From NCBI GenBank assembly GCA_050011565.1, contig JBEKIW010000001.1, forward strand, positions 384,001-448,000: a DNA stretch of 64,000 nt. Direction: 5' to 3'. The notes under the pieces are model-generated. The model was not told the DNA's origin and searched no databases. It saw nothing but the letters and a program-made list of their open reading frames with translations. Below are positions 57,775 through 64,000 of this stretch, piece by piece. How positions within the stretch are numbered: the stretch's first letter is position 1; each line of letters begins with the position of its first letter. Source of the DNA: Dehalococcoidia bacterium. GTDB lineage: Bacteria > Chloroflexota > Dehalococcoidia > GIF9 > UBA5629. A program made the position numbers and the translations under genes.

Positions 57775-59046
57775 ATGCTGAAACAGATGGGTAACGACGA
57801 GCTCTTCCAGCTCTACGACAAAGATCTCATTCTACGGCTGCGCAATGCCAAGAATCTCAGCGATACCAAGAAAATTCTGGTATTGTTCAAAGACCATCTC
57901 GGCGACTACCCGCCATCGGCAGAGCTGGCAAAGTCATTTATTTACCGGTACCTCGATAGGAAGCCACGGACGCTGTACCGTTATGCGCAGATGGTACGGA
58001 TGTTTATGAAATGGTATGGGGAACCGATAACTGATTTCAAAGTGAGGGTACCCAAGTCGCTGCCGCCCTATACCGACAACAGCGACATCGACAGGCTGTT
58101 CCAGGCCATCGAAAGCAAGGTGACGCACAAGAAGCTCATCACCAGAGACAGGCTCCTGGTTGAACTGGCGCTAAAAAGCGGCATGCGTCGCGGTGAGCTG
58201 GCCAGTCTGGAGGTCAGGGATATCCACGGTGACTTTCTGGTGGTGCGAAGGGGCAAATATGAGAAGGACAGGGCTATCCCGTTACCACCTGACCTGACGG
58301 CGCGATTGGGTAGCTACATTAAGGGCAAGGAGCCTGCCGAGAAAGTATTTAATCTTAAAGGCCCTTCTATCACCATGAAAATAAAGAAATTTGCCAGGAA
58401 AGCCGGACTCGCTGATCTGCATGCCCATGCCTTGCGGCACAAATTTGCCACCGATCTGCTGGAACACGGCGCTGATATCAGGTCTGTGCAAGAGCTGCTG
58501 GGCCATGAGAATCTATCCACGACGCAGGTGTATTTGGCGGTTACAGACAAGCGGTTAAGGGAGGCGGTAAACCTGCTGGAAGGGGGCAGGAGCCCGAAGA
58601 AGGTCGAGTTGCCGGAGGAACCTGTAGACAGGCCAATAGTCACCGTTAAGGCAGTTTACAAATCAGCTGAGACGGTCTCCACGGTATTGCCGGCGCCAAC
58701 TTACCTCTCGCATTTTGTGGTATCAAACGAGGGTAAGACTCCGGCCATCGAACTTGAGGTAGGGCTGCTCGACAGTCACAGGAATTCGCTAGAGGGTCGC
58801 CGCGAGACCGTCCTGATGGTTGGTGAGAAGATAGAGTGGACGCCGACCTGGGATAAGCCAGACGGTCAGTACTACGTCGTCTGCCAGTACAGAACGGCCA
58901 CCGCAAATAAGCAATCTGAACAATGGAACCAGACATGGTTGCCGTTTGAATTGATACAGGCTGGCACGCCCGGTGACGTCTTCGTGGTGCAAGGACATCT
59001 GAATTTCCAGGCCAATATCGAACAAAATGAGAAAATTATTGTTTAG
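57775..59046 (+). CDS. Tyrosine recombinase/integrase with ~150-aa C-terminal extension
   Basis: SGMRRGE, GK, HALRH, LLGHENLSTTQVY catalytic residues. Confidence 0.92.
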   Translation: MLKQMGNDELFQLYDKDLILRLRNAKNLSDTKKILVLFKDHLGDYPPSAELAKSFIYRYLDRKPRTLYRYAQMVRMFMKWYGEPITDFKVRVPKSLPPYTDNSDIDRLFQAIESKVTHKKLITRDRLLVELALKSGMRRGELASLEVRDIHGDFLVVRRGKYEKDRAIPLPPDLTARLGSYIKGKEPAEKVFNLKGPSITMKIKKFARKAGLADLHAHALRHKFATDLLEHGADIRSVQELLGHENLSTTQVYLAVTDKRLREAVNLLEGGRSPKKVELPEEPVDRPIVTVKAVYKSAETVSTVLPAPTYLSHFVVSNEGKTPAIELEVGLLDSHRNSLEGRRETVLMVGEKIEWTPTWDKPDGQYYVVCQYRTATANKQSEQWNQTWLPFELIQAGTPGDVFVVQGHLNFQANIEQNEKIIV

Positions 59047-59410
59047 GGGGACATAGGTATTTGTCGCCCCATGCTAAGTCATGCCTAACCTCATGGTTGC
59101 TCATTAATTTGCCGCATTTAGGGCAATAATTGCCGCTGGCTACGGGCTTAATCATCCTCTTTTCATTTTCCAGCTCGAACTCTGTAATAGCTAGCGTACG
59201 TTCCAATGCAGGTATGCGAGTTCGGCATTGACTTAGTTCCTTTTCAAGCCCCACAATTTTTGCTTCTAACCCTACAATTCTTGCTTCTAACTCATGGCGC
59301 AAGCCTATGCGCTTATGATGTTTCAGCCAAACGTGTCCGGCTAGCGCCTTGCCCGCATTGGAGCCCTGATATACCTTGCCACAAATATCACAAGTTTTCG
59401 TTCTTTCCAT
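59036..59410 (-). CDS. Zinc-finger/coiled-coil protein
   Basis: CDIC..HVWLKH, heptad coiled coil, CPKC..H..C. Confidence 0.65.
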   Translation of the reverse strand: MERTKTCDICGKVYQGSNAGKALAGHVWLKHHKRIGLRHELEARIVGLEAKIVGLEKELSQCRTRIPALERTLAITEFELENEKRMIKPVASGNYCPKCGKLMSNHEVRHDLAWGDKYLCPPKQ

Positions 59411-59667
59411 CCTACATAATCTAACATAGTTGCAATATCAATGCAAGTTTATGCTTACATCCAGAATACAAAGCTCTGAGTTCCTGTCGTAGGCATCAGT
59501 TGGCCCACAGTTGGACCTGGGGTATCAATAGGTAGAACTTTCAGCTTAAACTTCAGAATTACTAACTAGATAAATTGAACAAACCAGGCTAATGTTCAAA
59601 GCACAATGATTGACACTTAGCTTGAATGTATTATATCCTACACTCAAATACAAAAGGGAGGTGTTTA

Positions 59668-59808
59668 ATGCAAGCATACTGTATGAAATGTAAGACAAAG
59701 AGGGAAATGAATAATCCCAAAGCCGTTAAGATGAAGAATGGTAAGCCGGCAACACAAGGTACCTGCCCAAAATGCGGAACTAAGATGTTCAGGATTGGCA
59801 AGAGTTAA
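59668..59808 (+). CDS. DUF5679-like small basic zinc-ribbon protein
   Basis: GGGAGG RBS; AYCMKCK..GTCPKCGTKMFRI. Confidence 0.85.
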   Translation: MQAYCMKCKTKREMNNPKAVKMKNGKPATQGTCPKCGTKMFRIGKS

Positions 59809-59833
59809 GTCAGTTCATTCTGAGATCAGACAG

Positions 59834-59869
59834 AGCTGGGTGTTTGGCTTACAAATGCCCAGCTTTTTT
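59834..59869 (+). terminator. Intrinsic terminator
   Basis: AGCTGGGTGTTTG/CAAATGCCCAGCT + T run. Confidence 0.75.
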
Positions 59870-59890
59870 GTTAAAACTGTCCAATCTGGA

Positions 59891-60649
59891 CTAATGTTCA
59901 ACCACACTTATTCTTTTCTTAACCTTGGCCCATGAATCGGTAATGAGAAAACTCTCTCTCATATTCTCAATCATCCTAATAAACTTATTCATCGGTACCG
60001 AAAACGTTAGTACGTTCTTCGGAACAAAAGGACGTGCTGAGATATCGAACATGCCGATGATGCCTTTGGGACGCATGGACTCAATTTGAAGATAAGGGTA
60101 ATAGACAATTGTAGAACAGCCAGAGCCAAATGGAGCCATTACACCGCTTGGATCGGCTTCATCAAAACTTGCAAGCGTAAAAAGGCCAGCAAGGACGTCG
60201 GGTTCCGCGAAAGAGATGACCACCTGCGGGTCGTCCGACGTTTCGAGCATATCCCATCGCTTGAAAACGATATAACGGGCGGTCGCTTTGGAAGCGGGTG
60301 AATACTGCATCGACTCTTTAACCAGCTCCGGCGATTTCTTATAGCGTTCCCCTTCCATCTTGCCGGGGATTCCGCAGGAAAGAAAATACTCAAAGTCGGG
60401 CCTGATATTTTCTTCGAACCCCAGGTACCTTTTCCCTCCGAAACAGCCCACTGAATCCGCGCCGAAGCACAGAGAGGTCCCCTTCCTGACTTTCAATAAT
60501 GCCGCAATTACGCACCTATGCACCGAACCGGGCTTAACCAGGTCGGCATGGCCTTCCTCGTCGGTGTAATAGAAGGTGATGGGTAGCTCCGCACCGTTGA
60601 AGTACTTTTTCCAGAGCATTGTGAATTTTTCTTTATAACTTGTTTCCAT
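59891..60649 (-). CDS. DUF169 family protein
   Basis: ELPITFYY, CFGGKRYLGF, FLSCGIPG..EGERYKKSPE, PFGSGC. Confidence 0.8.
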   Translation of the reverse strand: METSYKEKFTMLWKKYFNGAELPITFYYTDEEGHADLVKPGSVHRCVIAALLKVRKGTSLCFGADSVGCFGGKRYLGFEENIRPDFEYFLSCGIPGKMEGERYKKSPELVKESMQYSPASKATARYIVFKRWDMLETSDDPQVVISFAEPDVLAGLFTLASFDEADPSGVMAPFGSGCSTIVYYPYLQIESMRPKGIIGMFDISARPFVPKNVLTFSVPMNKFIRMIENMRESFLITDSWAKVKKRISVVEH

Positions 60650-60734
60650 GTAGATTCTCCTTCGATGATTACAGACTACATACCAACACAATATACATTA
60701 TATGGGCAGTCGCTGCACCATGCGTCCTATCGTT

Positions 60735-61034
60735 TTATTTCCCTTGGGTATTGCGAGTGCCCTTTGGGACATAGTCGAAGAACCTCTCAGTGGCATCACC
60801 CGAGGTCCATTCTGCTCGAATCCTCGTTCGCTTCTCCGCTCTGCGCAACTCGGACAGAATCATACGGTTGAGAACTCTCGCACTTTCTCCTTCAAGGTCT
60901 GCCTCGACTTCGAATCCTTGATCTGTTTGTCTTATGGTTCCCTTATTAGCGATGATTCGTTCAAGGGCTGCTTTGATAACAGCCAAGTTATCGCTGCTCA
61001 CATTTGCTCGCAATCTGAACTTCCTCTGCGCCAT
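60735..61034 (-). CDS. Hypothetical protein
   Basis: 99-aa ORF with purine-rich RBS. Confidence 0.65.
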   Translation of the reverse strand: MAQRKFRLRANVSSDNLAVIKAALERIIANKGTIRQTDQGFEVEADLEGESARVLNRMILSELRRAEKRTRIRAEWTSGDATERFFDYVPKGTRNTQGK

Positions 61035-61283
61035 TTTGCCCCCTGTGAAACCTACGCCTAATCCTGACTACTTCGCCCAGGTTCCGAACTTTCTCCCACA
61101 TTTTGCATTCTACACCCAGGACTATTTACCGACAAGAGGAAACCAAGGAGGTGCACGATTGAACTTTTCGCCCTTTTGTTGGGCCTTCATAGGAGGTCAG
61201 GCGGGTAGGCGGATTAACTGCCAAAAAACCCTTCTATTGCTCTGGTTTCCGTTGCCAGGTGTCTCTTGCTGAGTTTATCATTG

Positions 61284-61661
61284 CTATAACCAGCCGTCAT
61301 GCTCGTCAAGCAACTCAGTAATGATCCATTTACCTCTATCTGTGCTACCCCAGAAAGATTGGGTGGTACGCGGGGCATAGTATTTCTTTATCAATGCCCG
61401 CACCGCGTTCCGGAATGCTCCTTCATCTTTGGCGGACACCGTAACCACCGTCTGGGTGATCTCCTCGAGGGTGCTCTCCATGGTTTCCTCTCTCATCACA
61501 TCTCCTTCCACCTTCAGATTCTTGCTTACCACTTCTTCCAGTGAGATATTCACCCCATGCTTTCTGGATATGTTGTCCAGGTCATTTTTTTTGATGGGCA
61601 CTGCAGGACCGCAAGTGGGACCGAGAGGTAACCATCTGAGCTTAGCCATGATTTCTTCCAT
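61284..61661 (-). CDS. Hypothetical protein co-transcribed with flavoprotein
   Basis: GAGGAG RBS overlapping end of the upstream gene. Confidence 0.65.
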   Translation of the reverse strand: MEEIMAKLRWLPLGPTCGPAVPIKKNDLDNISRKHGVNISLEEVVSKNLKVEGDVMREETMESTLEEITQTVVTVSAKDEGAFRNAVRALIKKYYAPRTTQSFWGSTDRGKWIITELLDEHDGWL

Positions 61662-61665
61662 GTTA

Positions 61666-62559
61666 CTATCTCCTCTCATCTGGCATTACCTGCTCCCGTT
61701 CGATTTTAAGATAGTCTTTATACCTCCTCCGTTTTTCCTTAAGAATCGGCCACGTTCTTACAAAGAAGTCTTTCGAGGGTTTTATTTCATATGTTATGTG
61801 GCGATATGCGGTCTGTTCCGCAAAACGACTCCATTTAGTCTCCTCTTCGGGGAAATGAATCATGATCTTGCCATTCTCAATTCTGAGCTGGCCACGGATA
61901 CCACAGGTGGGGCACTCCACCGACTCATTATCTTTAAAAATACGGATGATACGGTCATGGCAGACGGGGCATACCCCAGGATCTCCCAGATATTTATTGT
62001 TCCCGGTTTTAATCGCTGTGGCTACTTCAACACCGATTTTATGTGCTTTGTCCAGAGCTCTCTGGTCATTTGCTGCCTCGGCCATAGCCTGCATATGGAT
62101 CAGAACCTGGTCGATAATTTCCATTCCCAACTGTTTGAGCAGTATGGTTGGCTGAAGAAAAGAGTAGGATGTCCAACCCCGCGTGGCGTAAGGAATTATG
62201 ATACCAGCCGGCTTTCCCCTCATTTGACTAGGTTGACTTGATAGCACAAACAGACGATCTATGAACTGCTTTACTATTGCTGCAACCTCCAGGATATAGC
62301 ACGGAGCGCCGAAAATAACACCATCAAACTGATACATCTTCTTCAGTAAGTAGTCGTGGTCGTCCTTATCTTTATTTTTGCACTCTCTCCCCATGAACAT
62401 ACAGGTTGCATCCCCTTCGCAAGGGAGTATTTTGTAGTCTGTCCACCTTATGATATCCACTTCAGCCCCTTGTTCCTGAGCGCCCATCAATGCTTCCTTG
62501 ACCAATATCTCCGTATTACCTAGCCGCCTATGGCTCGCCACAATGCCTAAAACCTTCAT
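61666..62559 (-). CDS. Flavodoxin-fold iron-sulfur flavoprotein/FMN reductase with C-terminal Cys cluster
   Basis: SHRRLGNT, FGAPCY, KQFIDR, CPVC..CPTC. Confidence 0.85.
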   Translation of the reverse strand: MKVLGIVASHRRLGNTEILVKEALMGAQEQGAEVDIIRWTDYKILPCEGDATCMFMGRECKNKDKDDHDYLLKKMYQFDGVIFGAPCYILEVAAIVKQFIDRLFVLSSQPSQMRGKPAGIIIPYATRGWTSYSFLQPTILLKQLGMEIIDQVLIHMQAMAEAANDQRALDKAHKIGVEVATAIKTGNNKYLGDPGVCPVCHDRIIRIFKDNESVECPTCGIRGQLRIENGKIMIHFPEEETKWSRFAEQTAYRHITYEIKPSKDFFVRTWPILKEKRRRYKDYLKIEREQVMPDERR

Positions 62560-62873
62560 GAATGTTTCACTCCTTTCCAGTTAGTCACTCAATCTCGATA
62601 TCTATAACGCGAAGCTCGGTTCCACCTACAGTTTGAATATCTTCCCCATGGCACTTGGACTCTCATGGTGTACGAAGTCCGCCGAGTAGAATTCGAATTC
62701 CTTCCTGTAATTCTCATTCTACCTTGAGAATTGTTTGACAGCAAGTGGGAAGAAAGAGAAATAATCTACAGTTGCACTTTCCGCTAGATTGTGCAATTAG
62801 ACATAGAGAAATTCGTGGTCAAATCATCACCTACACGTTTCTTACATCGAGCGCCGAGACTCGCCACTACGAT

Positions 62874-63260
62874 TTACGGTTTAAAGTAGCGACGCGGAAA
62901 GGCTCCATTTCCCGGCGGAAGTTCCCAATGCTGTCTTTCATAGTCTATGAGCCTTTCTGCTTCCATCCGTTGAGCAGTCTCGCCGTTGCTCACCGTTGCA
63001 AAGCGGAATTGGAGGTTACACTCATGCTGCCAAAGCCGCTTCTCAGCTAGGGAAGCATTCGAAATGCGCCCTAAGAGCCTTCTCCTTAGGCTTGGAGTAT
63101 TCCTTGCCGCTGAGCCGATGTATATTATTTTGGAAGCACCTTTCAGTCTCCCGAATTCGCGGTCTATCCCAATCTGGTATATTCCGGGAAGGTCTGGAAC
63201 AAGTTCATTGACAATCGGCGGCGTCAGCCGATACCATTCTGACCAACTGAGTTCATCCAT
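62874..63260 (-). CDS. Stand-alone GIY-YIG-like nuclease
   Basis: PGIYQI..IIYIGSA..LRRRL..E..N; GGAGG RBS before MDELSW. Confidence 0.7.
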   Translation of the reverse strand: MDELSWSEWYRLTPPIVNELVPDLPGIYQIGIDREFGRLKGASKIIYIGSAARNTPSLRRRLLGRISNASLAEKRLWQHECNLQFRFATVSNGETAQRMEAERLIDYERQHWELPPGNGAFPRRYFKP

Positions 63261-63554
63261 ACTCAGACCTCCTTCATGTACTGTGATTTGCCTCGACAAG
63301 GCGTATTTGTAGCATAATTTTAGCATTGCTAGAGAGTAAGTGGGTCCTTTCATTATACTGAGTTGCAGATGGCATCGCTACACAATCTGAGTCTTTGTGA
63401 CCTTCAGGTCACCTAATATCTTATAATGTCACCGTAGCTAAATTACAGACTGCAGAGGTATTCAAGGTCCCCTGCGAAACTTAGAGGTTCCCCAGACGCT
63501 TTACCAAATATAACAATTATCATTCACAAATATTATGCGGGACTTTTAACAAGT

Positions 63555-63998
63555 TCAGGAGAGAATGGAAAGCTTTTTTTCGAACTCCTCTAGGCCGATC
63601 AATCGCAAAAGGATATGGCGTACAGTGTAGCTATCGATTTTTGTCTGGTTTGTCACCCTTGTCTGCGTGATCACAAACTCGTCAAGGGTGACTTTCCTGA
63701 CCCAACGGGTCGCCAAGTCAATGTAGATGTCTCCCTTGTATTCGGAACCGCCTTCCGTCACGATCTCTTGATCCGTGGCAAACGGCATAATCATCTTCAG
63801 CGTGCTTTCGCCGGAATCATACGCGACGAGTGCACAGGGGACCCCATCGACAACGCTGACCCCTTTCAGTTCTAATGTGACCTCGCCATTGCGGAAAACC
63901 GAACCCGGCTTAACCCCGGCACCCAGATTGACCGGTGCCTCGATGAAGGCCGCGGCGTGGACAATTCTTTGACCGATAGCTTTGAGGTCCTGGACTCC
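63555..63998 (-). CDS. Hypothetical protein, C-terminal part (start beyond window)
   Basis: Frame open to the window edge (GVQDLKAIGQRIVHAAAF..YDSGESTLKMIMPF). Confidence 0.7.
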   Translation of the reverse strand, partial: GVQDLKAIGQRIVHAAAFIEAPVNLGAGVKPGSVFRNGEVTLELKGVSVVDGVPCALVAYDSGESTLKMIMPFATDQEIVTEGGSEYKGDIYIDLATRWVRKVTLDEFVITQTRVTNQTKIDSYTVRHILLRLIGLEEFEKKLSILS

Positions 63999-64000
63999 CC

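Larger units (their letters stand above)
57693..64000. mobile_element. Genomic island integrated at tRNA-Val; right end beyond window
   Basis: Tyrosine integrase right after the tRNA 3' end followed by unrelated accessory genes; no second tRNA fragment seen in window. Confidence 0.65.

Noticed and set aside
59046-64000. Integron cassette array after the integrase
   Set aside because: No repeated attC-like sites seen between genes and no IntI-specific insertion recognised

Overview
Bacterial chromosome segment; gene content and style suggest an anaerobic Dehalococcoidia-like Chloroflexota member (inference). In order: 3' part of a type-2 ileS, htrA, an MBL hydrolase, and trpB2 under a Trp T-box followed by an unannotated 13-aa Trp-containing leader peptide. 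Next come a 1313-aa multi-PAS hybrid kinase and an 8-gene redox operon (nuoE/F-like #1, selenocysteine formate dehydrogenase read through UGA with a SECIS, nuoE/F-like #2 with an NADP-type substitution, an Fe-S/GltD fusion lacking its NAD(P) domain, nfnAB). A pan operon is headed by a ThnT/DmpA-like hydrolase and a leader attenuator; the trp operon carries an inserted aroF and a second Trp T-box. An accessory region (~37.7-51.7 kb) is built from repeated modules: four lipoproteins with a shared N-terminus and different C-termini, two near-identical dodecins, duplicated small membrane proteins, a 3-copy ~175-bp non-coding element, a 5-copy bipartite upstream motif and a Hint-domain secreted protein. 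Housekeeping genes and 5 tRNAs are present. The window ends in the left part of a genomic island at tRNA-Val, whose integrase frame is open back through the tRNA 3' half. No CRISPR array or rRNA was seen.
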